In this document: positions 38,601-50,003 of the stretch, piece after piece
Numbering within the stretch: position 1 is the stretch's first letter
Layout: each line of letters starts with the position of its first letter
Source: a virus
Reading direction: 5' to 3' (one strand)
DNA length: 64,000 nt
Virus record (IMG/VR): IMGVR_UViG_3300020599_000004
Location: 32,001 to 96,000 of that record
Notes under the pieces: generated by a model
The model's database searches: none
What the model was told of the DNA's origin: nothing
What the model saw: only the letters and a program-made list of their open reading frames with translations
Made by a program: the position numbers and the translations under genes

Positions 38601-38640
38601 CTGGGGACCTTCGTGGTCCCCAGTTCTTTTCTTTTTTCTT
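38601..38640 (+). terminator. intrinsic terminator
   Basis: CTGGGGACC-ttcgt-GGTCCCCAG followed by a long T tract. Confidence 0.8.
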
Positions 38641-38651
38641 TGAGGTGAGCT

Positions 38652-39671
38652 ATGTCTTCTACTGATTTCGCCGGGATGGCCGAAACAGTCTTCGGTGGAC
38701 TCGGTACTGACACTGTCATGGCCAAGGACGTTTACAGTGTCAATGACAGCTCGGGCATCAACGCCATCTTCGGTGCCGCCAAGGGTGTCGCGACCGATGT
38801 CGTGGATGGTATCCGTAAGCGCCCAGGTATCCTGGCAGAAGTGGTGCAGCTCGCTGGGATGGGCACGGGTAAGCTGACCAAAGCCGACATGACCCAACGG
38901 GTGATCAGCATCCTGGGGTCAGGTGGTAACAGCGCTCTTAAGAAACTCTCCGACACCACACTAAACACCATTTTTGGTGCCATGGGTGTCAGCGCAGAAA
39001 CCACCAAGGACATCAAGGTGGCGCTGGGCGCTGCGACACAGGTGGTCGGCTACAGCAATGTCACTGATGTCCAATCAATGACCAGTTTGCTGGGCATGAT
39101 TGCGGGTAACTCGGAGTTGGCCAAGGCGTTTGATCTGGAAGCTGAAGCTGCACTGTTCACGGGCATCCTGAGCCAGGCCACTTCCATGGGCGCCTTCCAG
39201 GCGTTCGACATGATCAAGGAACACGCCAATGATGACTACACCTGGCAGAGTGCGTACCAAGCCTCCGCAGGACAAGCCATCCTGGCCAGCGACCTAACCA
39301 TCCTGAACAAGATCATCGATGAACTGGGTAGTGACAAGGTCCTGGCCGATAATCCTAACGCAGCGGAACAGCTGATTAGCAGTTATCGTTTCGCCAATGG
39401 CGTCACCGCTGATCAGTACCCAGCGAAATGGACAGAGCTGAACACCACGCTGAACAAGCTGGATGTCCATTGGTGGCAGTACCTGCGATCGGGCACTTGG
39501 ATCGCTAACCTGGGGGTGTTCTACAAAGCCAGTGCGGATGCGAAGAAATTGCTCTATCTCAATGAGCCCTTTCGCACCATTGCACTGACGGCGCCTTACT
39601 ACCCACCCACCTCTGCTGTGAACCTGGCAAGAGGTCTGTACCCCAACAACGTCTTTGGTACCACGACATAA
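38652..39671 (+). CDS. probable virion structural protein, 339 aa
   Basis: GAGGTG RBS; function from context only. Confidence 0.6.
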   Translation: MSSTDFAGMAETVFGGLGTDTVMAKDVYSVNDSSGINAIFGAAKGVATDVVDGIRKRPGILAEVVQLAGMGTGKLTKADMTQRVISILGSGGNSALKKLSDTTLNTIFGAMGVSAETTKDIKVALGAATQVVGYSNVTDVQSMTSLLGMIAGNSELAKAFDLEAEAALFTGILSQATSMGAFQAFDMIKEHANDDYTWQSAYQASAGQAILASDLTILNKIIDELGSDKVLADNPNAAEQLISSYRFANGVTADQYPAKWTELNTTLNKLDVHWWQYLRSGTWIANLGVFYKASADAKKLLYLNEPFRTIALTAPYYPPTSAVNLARGLYPNNVFGTTT

Positions 39672-39703
39672 GCAGGGAGGGCCATGGCCCTCCCTGTATG
39701 CCG
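39665..39703. terminator. bidirectional terminator
   Basis: GACATAA, CAGGGAGGGCC/GGCCCTCCCTG, then TATGCCG between convergent genes. Confidence 0.72.
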
Positions 39704-39704
39704 C

Positions 39705-41732
39705 TTATGGACGGTCAGTGCGTTGGGATACAGCCTTGAGGAGTTCCCCTGCCCAAGTACCCATCGCCCAGTTCGCAAAGTGCGCTGGCGATTTCCACTG
39801 GTTGAAAGCTGCCATTTGTTGCGTCAGACGAAGGCGCATCTTCCGCATCGGATTGACCTGTGCTTCGAGTGGCAAGCTACCGAGTACAGCGAGGTAATCG
39901 GTGTACTTGTTATCATCGTCATAGGTCGATGGCATGAATGCCGACGCAATGCCCGCCCCAATATTAGCACCGGTGGTGCTATCGCCACCGGTAAACTTGG
40001 AGATGGCTGCGCCAAGCCCACTACCTGCCCCGGCGATAGCAGCCTGCACGGTGGAGAAACTGGCGTTGATTGGCATGTGCACCACTTCCGAAAGATCCAT
40101 GAACGTGATGTTCACATCAACACCCAAGTAGCGCCCATCGTTCGTCCAACCGACATCACCCACACCCCGAGTGATTGACAAGGATTCCACCATGCCCAGA
40201 CGAATCTGAGTACGGCCTTTGTTGAACAACTCCAGGATGAAGGGTGAGGTGTAGGATTGCTTACCCGTGGACAGCGGAAGGGCCATCGCCAAGAGCATGC
40301 ACATCGGGACGATGATGTTCTGCAACCTGGAGAGGTCGTTACCATAGGGGGAGCGTAGCGGGATGGTGAAACTGCTACGGCCTACATCCGCAGTCGAGGC
40401 ATCCCAGGTTTTCGGAATATCCGCAAACGCAGACCCTGCCAGCGCCGCGATACCATGGATCGACAGACCTTCCGCGATACCATTGACTGTATCAGTGGCT
40501 GCTTTCACCACCGCACCGATGAGGCCTGCGCTGTCCACATTACCGTCTGCCAAGTCAAAACGTGTCGACCTGGCTTTGGACGACATGCTGTTGATGGTGC
40601 TGGCAATGCCCGATTCCTTAGTAGACGTCGAGAAGGATTCCGACTGAGGACCGGTATGGTCCACACGGAAAGTCACGAAGTCAGAACCCATGCGTCGTTC
40701 TGCGGTGAAGAAGGAACTCATCGAGTTGACGAAGGACTCATCACGAACGTCCACTTCCATGGAGGATTCCGTGACTTCCTTGTCTTCGTCCTTGACAGTG
40801 TAGATACCGTCATTACTTTCCAGATAGAGCCTCATGTATTCACGCAGGTCGCCCTTACCCACGTCTTGCACGGTCGGGTTCCATTGCGTCATCCGCTTCA
40901 TGCGATTGGTCAGGTCAGTGGCATTGGCAGAAGACACCACCTCTTGTTCCAGGGCATCACGGAAGGCATTCGCCAGGCGCTGAGCACGGTTAGCCACGGC
41001 ATAGATATCGATACCACCATCACTGCGGTAGATATCCGGCAGCAGCTTGTGTGTGGCTGCAATGGCAGCTTTCTGTTCCTCAGCGTCATTAACCGAATCT
41101 GGATCAATCAGTCCAGAGTTGCCAGTCTTTGCGTCTGAGGTGAACAATCGAGGGATCACACCCAGGTTAACCGCGATGCCGTTGACCATGGTGGCTACGG
41201 CATTCCAGTACAACGGCATGGTGGGTTTAAGGTAGTAGTAACGACTGGCGGGTTTCTCCAGTAGCAACCTGATCAACTTAGCCGTGAGCAGAATGGGTTG
41301 TAAAGGCAACGAGACCACAGTACCGGTCAAACGACCGACATCGTAGAAGATGCTCGGTGTACGACCGGTACGAGCCAGACTCGATGCCTCGACATTGTAG
41401 AAGTCGCCGAAGAAACGCGTCAAGCTATTGAATTTGGGTACGCCCAAACGAATGTGAATCGTCTGTGCGTTATCGTCGATTACCTCGCTGTAGAAGCGCC
41501 CCATGCCCTTCCCCGCCGTGTAGCGACCAGGTCGCTTAATGTCGGCATTACGGGTGAATTGGGGAAATGCGTTGATGGCAAAGTTACCACCCAGCGTGGT
41601 ATCGGTAAACTTTTGGTCTGCTGTGGTGTAGACCCGACGGACGGCGTCGTACGCCTCGTCAATCGAATTCTGAGGCATCAGAAACGACTGACGGACCCAA
41701 TCGGCGTCCTTCAGTGACATCCGCATGGTCAC
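39705..41732 (-). CDS. virion (tail/baseplate) protein, 675 aa
   Basis: Long ORF directly downstream of the tape-measure gene, as in phiKZ-like synteny. Confidence 0.7.
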   Translation of the reverse strand: MTMRMSLKDADWVRQSFLMPQNSIDEAYDAVRRVYTTADQKFTDTTLGGNFAINAFPQFTRNADIKRPGRYTAGKGMGRFYSEVIDDNAQTIHIRLGVPKFNSLTRFFGDFYNVEASSLARTGRTPSIFYDVGRLTGTVVSLPLQPILLTAKLIRLLLEKPASRYYYLKPTMPLYWNAVATMVNGIAVNLGVIPRLFTSDAKTGNSGLIDPDSVNDAEEQKAAIAATHKLLPDIYRSDGGIDIYAVANRAQRLANAFRDALEQEVVSSANATDLTNRMKRMTQWNPTVQDVGKGDLREYMRLYLESNDGIYTVKDEDKEVTESSMEVDVRDESFVNSMSSFFTAERRMGSDFVTFRVDHTGPQSESFSTSTKESGIASTINSMSSKARSTRFDLADGNVDSAGLIGAVVKAATDTVNGIAEGLSIHGIAALAGSAFADIPKTWDASTADVGRSSFTIPLRSPYGNDLSRLQNIIVPMCMLLAMALPLSTGKQSYTSPFILELFNKGRTQIRLGMVESLSITRGVGDVGWTNDGRYLGVDVNITFMDLSEVVHMPINASFSTVQAAIAGAGSGLGAAISKFTGGDSTTGANIGAGIASAFMPSTYDDDNKYTDYLAVLGSLPLEAQVNPMRKMRLRLTQQMAAFNQWKSPAHFANWAMGTWAGELLKAVSQRTDRP

Positions 41733-41787
41733 CTCTGGTGTTATCTGGTTAAAGGAAAGGGGGAGGACAACCTCCCCCTGATTACCG

Positions 41788-44700
41788 CTAGAACGTTGAA
41801 CGCCGTGCTACACTGACAGGCAGTGCTGGCATGGCTTGAGGGTTGCGCAGGAACGGTGGCACACCTGCCGTGGAGCTTTTAGGTGCCGCTACGGGTTGCG
41901 CTTGCGGTTGCCCTTTAGGCTCAGCGGTTTTAGCTTGCATCAATTGCAGGATCATACCCAACTTCTGGTCCATGGATTGCGACACTTGCAGTTGAGCATT
42001 CAGTACAGCGGTCACCGAGTCTACTGACGTGGTCAGCTGCTGGTTTTCCTTACTGGACTGTTTCTGCGCGATGGCAGCCTGCACCTGCGGCGTGGGCAAT
42101 GCCGGAGCATCGTTTGCCACAGGGGTGGTGAGACCCGCTGCTGCGGAAGGTTGTACACCCGTAGCGGCAGCGCTGTCCTTACCTGCTGCCACTGCATCGG
42201 CACCCATGGCTCCCATTGCAGGAGCATTGCTTTGGGCTTGTTGCGTATAGGTGCCATTGTTAACGCCTTTCATGGCTTTGGCCACTTCAGGGTCCATCTG
42301 CCCCAGGCTACCGGCGGTAGGCCCAGAAACGTTGTTCCCATTGGCGGTAGCAGCCGCTTCTGCGATTTTACCCACCTGATCCTTGTTGAGCACCGTAGAA
42401 GCCACATCCTGCCCCGGTTGTAGGTCATGCATTCGACGTCCTTTGTTCAACCGCGAGGACATCTCTTGCACCACTTCACCCACGGTACGTGGACGACCGC
42501 TCGCAAAGAAGATGGAAGAGTTCGCGCTCGGTACGTTGGAATCGACGTACTTGGTGGAGACGTCACCCGGTGGGGCGCTGAGGAACCTACCCGCACCATT
42601 CGGGCCAAGGAAGTGAGCCATGTACAGGTCGGTGTCGGTGATCTGACGACCTAGTCGCTTCTGAAGATAGTCCGCATTCTCTTTCAAGAACTCCATGCCC
42701 ATCAGCGCGTTTGCACGTGCATCAGTAGGAGGCGTTCGGGGATCAATCCCGTACTTACCGGCGTACTTCTCTATCATGCTCTTCCAAGTCCCTCCAATGA
42801 ACTGGAAGAGCCCCGTTGCCGTAGACGTACCCGCCTTGGCATTGGGTTTGAAGCTGGACTCGATTGCCGCCACTGTGGCTGCTGTGGCTGGGTCAAACCC
42901 TGCCATCTTAGCCGCAGCGATGATCGTGTCTCGGACACCGTTCCACCCATCACCCGTGGGCATCGGAATCTGGTTGATGTCACCGCCTGTACCGTTACCC
43001 GGTTGGGCCATGGGCATCCCACTGCCAACACCTGCCCCGTAGAACGGAATGGTGCCGGCGATTCCTTGTTTGGACTTGTTGAACGAATCCCCCATCTTTT
43101 GCAAGATGGATGTCCGTTGGGTGATCTCACCAGTCTTGTAGCCCGACAGCGGTGAGGGCGCCTGGGTGAAATCGACCTTAGCTTTGTTATCCTTGCTGAT
43201 GGGTCGATTGTTCTTCGGCGTGATGGCGTTAAGGAATTGCTCGGTGTACTTCTTCTTATCCTCAGGTCCTTTGAGGGCATCGATGTTACCTTTGATGCTT
43301 TCCTTGTCCTCGTTCAAGACATAATCCGGCCAAGGACTGGCTTTGACTTCCCAGATGGACACCTTCTCGTCCTGGAAGGTCGTCTGAGCGGCGGCTGTTT
43401 CTTGCAGCACTTCAGCCATTTCATTGCCGCTAAGCTTCTTCATGGCCAAATAGGCGTCGATCTTCTGACGTGCCCGTACCGAGGTGGCGTACTGCATCAT
43501 GACCGGCAGGAAGCGGAACCGATACCAGACGTACCAGTCAGTCTTAGCCCGCGTGTTGGTCGTGGAAACACCAAAACGCTGCATGGCGTCAGCCACGAAC
43601 TCATCTGAGCGCTTGTCCACGTTGGCAACGCCATCGCTATCGTACTCGATGATCGGCCAGACCTGGCTTTCCAGGTACATCAGGTTGTCGGCCTTGGATT
43701 TCTCCAGATCGACCAAGCCATAGATCTTGAACCGAGCAGCCATGGCAGCATCAAGTTGCGATGCAGGAGCTTTAGCAGGCTTGAATAGCTTACCTGCAAC
43801 CCAGTTGGCGATCACGCCACCACCGATACCACCCAGTAGCGTTCCTGCTGCGGTTAGCGCCATCTTGGCCAGGTTCGAGGGTGTTAGGGTGTCCTTGATC
43901 CCTTGCCAGAACCGTGACATGATCCCAGGTTTGCCCTGGGGACCAATACCCGTAATGGACGCCACGCCCTGATCCGTGGTCTTTTTGGCAAGCTCCGCTG
44001 CTTTCGCCTGTTCAGGGCTGGCCAACTTATCCTTGTCGCTACGTCCAGGACCTGCCTTGTAGTAGAACTCGGCATCGCTGACCCACGACTTCACGTCGTT
44101 GGCGTCGCAGTCCAGATCCCCAGAGAACGGACTATTGTCCGTGTCGTCGTAGGCATCTTCCAACTGTTCCAGCTTGGTGGCTTTGACGTAGTCCAGACCC
44201 AGTTCCTTGGGCAGTTTGTCGTCAGCTTCAAAGACTTGCGCCCCTTTAACCATCGAGTGCAGCGTGGTGGCATGAGAGAGGAAGACCGGCTTGAACCGCT
44301 TCTGGAACCAGATGATCCAGCGCTTGATACGCTCACGATCACCGGTTTGCCGTGGGTCGATTCCAAAGATCGGGAAGACTTGCATTGGCGTAATGGATTT
44401 GTCATCCAGCGTAGCCAGTTCTCCATCGTTGCCGAACCGGAGGGCTTTACCGCAGACCTCCTCCAGCTTCATGACGGCTTCAATTTCCTTATTGTCGTGC
44501 GGGCTAACCCCGTACTGCGCCATCCGCATGGAACCCAGCACCCCCAATTTCTTGTTGAGGTACTTGTACATCTTGTACGCACCGTAGCCAACGACACCAA
44601 CGGCAGCAGCACCCAGCAGTACAGGTGCCGAAACGAGACCCGCCAGCAGTGTGCCCAGTCCAGTGGCGACTGCTCCTGCTGCGGTGGCGATACCGCCTGC

Positions 44701-47700
44701 CACTGCCCCAGCCACGGGTAGAGCTTCACCCAGCCACGGCAAGAAGGGTAACAGTTTCAGGGCTTGTCGGCCACCCCATTTGAGGAAACCCCATCCCTTA
44801 CTTCCTGCCCACTTAGCCTTACCCAAGAACCCTTTGGAGTTTTTCCAAGTGCGTTTGGGCTTCCTTTTACCCTTACCTTTTCCTTTCCCCTTCTCTTCGC
44901 CATCACCACCGATAGAACCACCGATGTTGATGTCGCCATCATCCCGATCTTCCTCGATCTCTTCCTGACGCTGGAAGAACTTCTTGAAGAGCCCGCCCAA
45001 GCCATCGAGCAAACCACCGCTCGACTGCTTGCCCGATTCCGCTTTCGCTTCCTCGTCGGCTTTCTTCTTCTCCTTGCTCCGCATGATGTCTTGCCAGGAA
45101 TTATCCCGGATACCATCGTCATCGGAATCACCCAAGACTTTTTTCTTCACTGGGAAGCGAGCCTTAAGGTGTTTCAGGATTTCATCTTGGATGCTGGTCT
45201 GATGATAACTCAGGGAAACCAGGTCGTCCATCGGCTCGCCCGTGGATTTACCACGTGCTTTAATGCCTTTACCGGTGAAGAGGTTCTTAAGCCCCTTGAT
45301 GCCACCAGTGAGTTTCTTGGTCCACCAGTTGGTGAGCGTAAAGGGTAAACTGAACGCCGCCTTACCAAACTCTTTCAGGTTACCTAGCAGGTTGGCACCT
45401 TGTTCCATCTTCTTGCCAAGGAAGTCACGGAATCCACCGCTGTTACGCAGCTCCTCTGCCGTAACGACGATGTTACCCGCTTTGTCGACCACCGTGCCCT
45501 TGATGTCGTCGTAGGTACGGATAACCTTCTTGGTTGCTTGATCGAAGTACCCACCCTCTTCCATGAGGACAGCACGGATACGCGGGATGGACTCGTTGTT
45601 GATGTAACCATCCTTGATCTTGTCCTTGGTCCGACCAAATGCCGCGCCGATACCCGCTTTCGCCCCTTTCCACAGCAGGGCATAAGGCAGGGTGGAAGCC
45701 TGGAGATAACCCTTGGTCAGTTTGCCCATGAGGGAAGCTGCTTTACCTGCTAGCGACTTACCGTAGACATCCTTAAGACCTTGAGCATACTCTTCAGCAT
45801 CCAGCACCAGGTTACCGGCTTTATCCCGTACAGGACCGGTAATATCCTTGGCAGACTGGATCACCTTCTTGGTGTTCTCGTCGATGTACTCGCCAGCTTC
45901 GATCAACTTCTTACGCAAGGCCGGGACCTGATCCTGACCTTTGACGTAGATGTCAGCCACCTTATCCTTGGCAAAGGCTTTCTTCGTAGCCCACCAGCCC
46001 AGACCCGCAGTTTTCTTGGTAGCCCACCAGGCACCCAGTCCAGCGCCTTTATAGAGGTTACCCCACATGCGAGTGTAAGCACCGATGCCTTTGGCGCCCT
46101 TACCAAAGGCCCACTTGGCACCTCGCCACAAACGGTTTCCTTTGCGATTTTGGTTACCAGGTGCAGGCGGACCATCCCCTGCACTCCCTTCACCTCCTCC
46201 TTCACCGCAGCACTCTTTGGAGGCGATATACCCTAACAAGTCGATCATCTGGCCTGACAGCTCCAGTTGACTTTGACGACCGGTTTGGATAACCTCCTTC
46301 ATCGAGCGCAATTCACCGAGGATGATGCTCTCATTGCCCAAGTAGCGACTCAGCAAGAGATCACTGACTTCTTGCGTGCCGCCTAGCGTCGGCGTTTCAT
46401 CCAGCGGGCCAGGTCCAGGGGTAGGTGGTACAGGAGGTCTGCCACGCTCACCACGAGGAGGACGAGGAGGACGGCGACGCTTGCGCTTACCACCACGATT
46501 ACCCGGAGGTTGTCCCGCGGGTTTCTTATCGTCTTCTCCATCGAGCAGATCCCAGATGTTGTCGAAGTCGATCCGATCATTACGGCCATTGCCGCTGATT
46601 AGGCCGAGCTCACGCAGGTTGTCCAGACCGAACGCGTTGGCATAGCCGCGCAGGCGATCACCCACAGCCGGGATGATATTCTGCATCCGATCGAACTTAT
46701 CTTGCAGGCTGACCATGCGTTCGTGGTACTGGGTCGAGTTGTCTGCTTCATTGCCGTCGTAGTCCAAACCGAACTCATTACGGAAGAAGTAGCGCAGCTC
46801 ATCGATCGCCTCGTCCGAGAGGTTCTGGCGATAGTTCTCGCGTTTAGTGTAACGTCGAGGGTCGAAGGCCTCACCTCGTGCCAGATCACCGGTGATCTGC
46901 TTGAGCAGCACTTTGCGGTTACTTTCGGAGAGTATCTTATCCTTGTCGATATCATCCATCATCCGTTCGACTTCGGATTTGATGAGATCTGCTTCGTTCT
47001 TCGGCAGGATACTGGACTTGATGTCCTTGTGCAACACGCTCTTCTTGCTAAACCCACCTCTGGCGACGTTCCAGGTGTCCATGTCGTCATCCAGCTGACC
47101 GGTGGCGACACCTTTTACCCAATGGTTGATCTGTGCCAGGTAACCCGGAATCACTTCATTGATCGAGCGATGGGTCATCCGGTCAAAGATTGCAGGCTGG
47201 TCAGACGTAAGCAGGTGGTTATCGGCTACCTTGTCGTTCAGGTAGAACTTAGGCATGATGTCCTTGAGCAGTTGCGTCAAGGTGGAACGCGCACCATAGC
47301 CTTGAGTTTCCGATTTTGCCCAGCGGTTGAGCTTCTGAGGCGCGCCAGTCAACAGCCGACCCAGCTTAGCCCCACCCCGCCGCAGACCCTCGTGCTTCTG
47401 CAAGAAGGGGTTGGCCATAATCGACAGGTAGTCCAGCGCCGTCCCGGTCAACATCTGACCTGCTACCATACCGGAGTTGGTAGCTTTGTCCATGCCGAAC
47501 TCATCCCCACCGCCCATCCCCGCCAGACTGACAGTGTCAGCCAGCGGAGAGACGATACCTTGCACCAGACCCGTCAGGTTCTGCATCAGCTGGTCACGGT
47601 AGTTCCGCGTCCAGTTGGAGATGGTGTTAAGACCAGCGCCCGTCAGGCGCTGTTTGAGCATCTGACTGGCCAGTTCACTCTTATGGATTTTAACGGCATC

Positions 47701-48483
47701 AGGGAGCGCGGTGTTTTTGACCACCTTCTCCATCGCTGCCATCATTTTCTCGTTTTGGACGTTGGTGATGTCCAACAGGTCCTTGGCCACGAAATAATGA
47801 CGGTATTGCAGTTCCAGCGATTTCTGCTGGTACTTGATCAAGATGTTGTCTTGATACCCGACCAGGCGACTAATGCCTTTAGCGATGATGTTCAGCTGAC
47901 CGATTTGGTCTTTATGCTGATCGTCCTGAATCTTGTCACGGATCAGGCGGTTGGCATCATCCTTGTTCTGCTGCTGTGCACCCGCATCAGCTTGCAGTTT
48001 AAACATCTCACCCAGGACTTGGGTGATCTGGCTGTCTTCGTAGTCAGCTTTCAGTTTCTTGGCGTCATAAGCGGCACCTTGGCCGCCCATCGCAAAGTCT
48101 TCCAACTGTCGGCTGAGCCAATTACCTTTGCCGTTACCTGCAATTTTCTTGGCAAGTTTATCAGCAGAACGCCGTGCCACATCCGTGACTGGACGCAGCT
48201 CATCCGCGGCGGTATTGTATAGTTGCTTGGCGGACTCGAACGTGGCTTCCGCGACGTTAAGGCCTTGCGCGTACCCTTTGGGCAGCGCATTACGCAACAC
48301 GCGCTTGGCAGTGTCCGGACTCGTCAGCTCGCTTTTTATGCCACTGAGAAACCCAGCCCCCAGACGAGTGACGGCTTTACGGTCGTCCTTCGTCGGGTCG
48401 GGGTCTTTGAACTCAGGGAGATCGAAATCGAAACTGTCGAAGTCAAAATCATCGAGTTCGATATCATCCTTTTTACGTGCCAT
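41788..48483 (-). CDS. tape-measure/tail protein with lytic transglycosylase domain (phiKZ gp181-like), 2231 aa
   Basis: SLT motifs AAIESSFKPNA, ATGLFQFIGGTW, YMAHFLGP near the C-terminus; size and position divergent from the vRNAP genes. Confidence 0.88.
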   Translation of the reverse strand: MARKKDDIELDDFDFDSFDFDLPEFKDPDPTKDDRKAVTRLGAGFLSGIKSELTSPDTAKRVLRNALPKGYAQGLNVAEATFESAKQLYNTAADELRPVTDVARRSADKLAKKIAGNGKGNWLSRQLEDFAMGGQGAAYDAKKLKADYEDSQITQVLGEMFKLQADAGAQQQNKDDANRLIRDKIQDDQHKDQIGQLNIIAKGISRLVGYQDNILIKYQQKSLELQYRHYFVAKDLLDITNVQNEKMMAAMEKVVKNTALPDAVKIHKSELASQMLKQRLTGAGLNTISNWTRNYRDQLMQNLTGLVQGIVSPLADTVSLAGMGGGDEFGMDKATNSGMVAGQMLTGTALDYLSIMANPFLQKHEGLRRGGAKLGRLLTGAPQKLNRWAKSETQGYGARSTLTQLLKDIMPKFYLNDKVADNHLLTSDQPAIFDRMTHRSINEVIPGYLAQINHWVKGVATGQLDDDMDTWNVARGGFSKKSVLHKDIKSSILPKNEADLIKSEVERMMDDIDKDKILSESNRKVLLKQITGDLARGEAFDPRRYTKRENYRQNLSDEAIDELRYFFRNEFGLDYDGNEADNSTQYHERMVSLQDKFDRMQNIIPAVGDRLRGYANAFGLDNLRELGLISGNGRNDRIDFDNIWDLLDGEDDKKPAGQPPGNRGGKRKRRRPPRPPRGERGRPPVPPTPGPGPLDETPTLGGTQEVSDLLLSRYLGNESIILGELRSMKEVIQTGRQSQLELSGQMIDLLGYIASKECCGEGGGEGSAGDGPPAPGNQNRKGNRLWRGAKWAFGKGAKGIGAYTRMWGNLYKGAGLGAWWATKKTAGLGWWATKKAFAKDKVADIYVKGQDQVPALRKKLIEAGEYIDENTKKVIQSAKDITGPVRDKAGNLVLDAEEYAQGLKDVYGKSLAGKAASLMGKLTKGYLQASTLPYALLWKGAKAGIGAAFGRTKDKIKDGYINNESIPRIRAVLMEEGGYFDQATKKVIRTYDDIKGTVVDKAGNIVVTAEELRNSGGFRDFLGKKMEQGANLLGNLKEFGKAAFSLPFTLTNWWTKKLTGGIKGLKNLFTGKGIKARGKSTGEPMDDLVSLSYHQTSIQDEILKHLKARFPVKKKVLGDSDDDGIRDNSWQDIMRSKEKKKADEEAKAESGKQSSGGLLDGLGGLFKKFFQRQEEIEEDRDDGDINIGGSIGGDGEEKGKGKGKGKRKPKRTWKNSKGFLGKAKWAGSKGWGFLKWGGRQALKLLPFLPWLGEALPVAGAVAGGIATAAGAVATGLGTLLAGLVSAPVLLGAAAVGVVGYGAYKMYKYLNKKLGVLGSMRMAQYGVSPHDNKEIEAVMKLEEVCGKALRFGNDGELATLDDKSITPMQVFPIFGIDPRQTGDRERIKRWIIWFQKRFKPVFLSHATTLHSMVKGAQVFEADDKLPKELGLDYVKATKLEQLEDAYDDTDNSPFSGDLDCDANDVKSWVSDAEFYYKAGPGRSDKDKLASPEQAKAAELAKKTTDQGVASITGIGPQGKPGIMSRFWQGIKDTLTPSNLAKMALTAAGTLLGGIGGGVIANWVAGKLFKPAKAPASQLDAAMAARFKIYGLVDLEKSKADNLMYLESQVWPIIEYDSDGVANVDKRSDEFVADAMQRFGVSTTNTRAKTDWYVWYRFRFLPVMMQYATSVRARQKIDAYLAMKKLSGNEMAEVLQETAAAQTTFQDEKVSIWEVKASPWPDYVLNEDKESIKGNIDALKGPEDKKKYTEQFLNAITPKNNRPISKDNKAKVDFTQAPSPLSGYKTGEITQRTSILQKMGDSFNKSKQGIAGTIPFYGAGVGSGMPMAQPGNGTGGDINQIPMPTGDGWNGVRDTIIAAAKMAGFDPATAATVAAIESSFKPNAKAGTSTATGLFQFIGGTWKSMIEKYAGKYGIDPRTPPTDARANALMGMEFLKENADYLQKRLGRQITDTDLYMAHFLGPNGAGRFLSAPPGDVSTKYVDSNVPSANSSIFFASGRPRTVGEVVQEMSSRLNKGRRMHDLQPGQDVASTVLNKDQVGKIAEAAATANGNNVSGPTAGSLGQMDPEVAKAMKGVNNGTYTQQAQSNAPAMGAMGADAVAAGKDSAAATGVQPSAAAGLTTPVANDAPALPTPQVQAAIAQKQSSKENQQLTTSVDSVTAVLNAQLQVSQSMDQKLGMILQLMQAKTAEPKGQPQAQPVAAPKSSTAGVPPFLRNPQAMPALPVSVARRSTF

Positions 48484-48551
48484 GGAACATCTCCTAATGG
48501 CGCACCAAAACTGTCATATCAAGTCAACATTTACGGGAATTGAGGTGATTT

Positions 48552-50003
48552 ATGGACTTCAAAATGCTCCCGACCCAACTGTGGCTCCTGGAGCTTACGG
48601 ACGAACGGGTCAGGCATTTGCGACCTGTGACCAGCCTGGACATCTACGATGGTGCCACGGCCAACTTCCATGAGGATGGTCTGTACTCTACGTCGATCTT
48701 CGGCCGAGTCGGGACCCGTGAACGCGATGAGCGCTTCTCGTACATCGACATCAAGGCGTCTATCATGCACCCGAAAGTCTTCCGGGATTTGGTGGCGCTT
48801 AAAGGTCTCTATAAAGGCATCCTCTCGGGTAAAGAAACCGCTCGCTGGGACGATGAGATCAAAGACTTCGTCGCAGATAAGTCCTCGGCAGGGCAAACCG
48901 GCTATAGCTTCTTTATTAGCCACTGGAAAGACATCGTCCTGCGTCGCAACAAATCGCCTTCACGCCAACAGCGTGTGGACTTTATCGAGAAGTACCGCGA
49001 TAAGGCCATGACCAGCAGAGTGGTCGTTATCCCGGCAGGTCTACGTGACCTGGAAATCGGCGACAACGGTCAAGCAACCAAGAACGAGATCAATGACCTG
49101 TACTACAAGTTGATCTCGATCAGCAACACCATCATCAAGAACCGTGACATGGAGTCGCCAGCGCTGGATATCCCGCGCTATTCCCTGACCATGACCTTCT
49201 GCGAGATCTACGATCTGCTGGAGCAAATGATCCAGGGTAAGAAAGGTTTTATGCTCAACCGCTGGGGCAGTCGTAAAGTCTTCAACTCCACGCGTAACGT
49301 GTTGTCGGTGATGGACACCAGCTCTTCGGTGCTGGGTGAACCCAATGCACCTGGCTACGACGCCACAGTACTCGGTCTGTTCCAGACAGCGAAGGGTCTG
49401 CAACCCCTGACCATCCACCTGCTGCGCAACAGTTATCTGTCGAACATCTTTAGCGAAGGTGAATCGTCGGTGCCGTTGATCGACAAAAAGACCTGGCAAC
49501 AGGAGATCACCTCGATCGCACCGGAAACCCGTGACGAGTGGACGACCAAGGAAGGTCTGCTTAATGTGCTCAACAGTTATTCGGATGTCGATGCGCGTCA
49601 TCGTCCCGTAGAGGTAGAAGGCCGTTACCTGGCCCTGATCTACAAAGGCGACGACATGACGTTTAAGGTCTTCTACGACATCCGTGACTTACCGTCTCAT
49701 CTGGACAAGAAGAAGGTCAGTCCCATCACCCTGGTGGAACTGCTGTACCTTTCCGGATATCGAGAATGGAACAAGTACTTCGTCTCGGTTACCCGATACC
49801 CCGTCACGGGTGTGGAATCCATTTACCCCAGCCGTGTGTACGTCAAGACCACCACGGTGGGCGAGGTACGTTACGAGTTGGGTGAGGATTGGGAACCGAT
49901 GGGGGACGAATTCCGTGCGTTGGAATTCCCACGCGCTGACATCAATTCCTTCATGGATTCGCAAGCGCCACACTCCTCCCGTCTTAAAGGCCTAAACGCG
50001 GAT
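48552..50003 (+). CDS. rpoC: virion RNAP beta' subunit (phiKZ gp180-like), exon 1, 484 aa
   Basis: GAGGTG RBS; KKGF...RKVF segment; ends ...LKGLNAD, the first half of NADFDGD. Confidence 0.88.
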
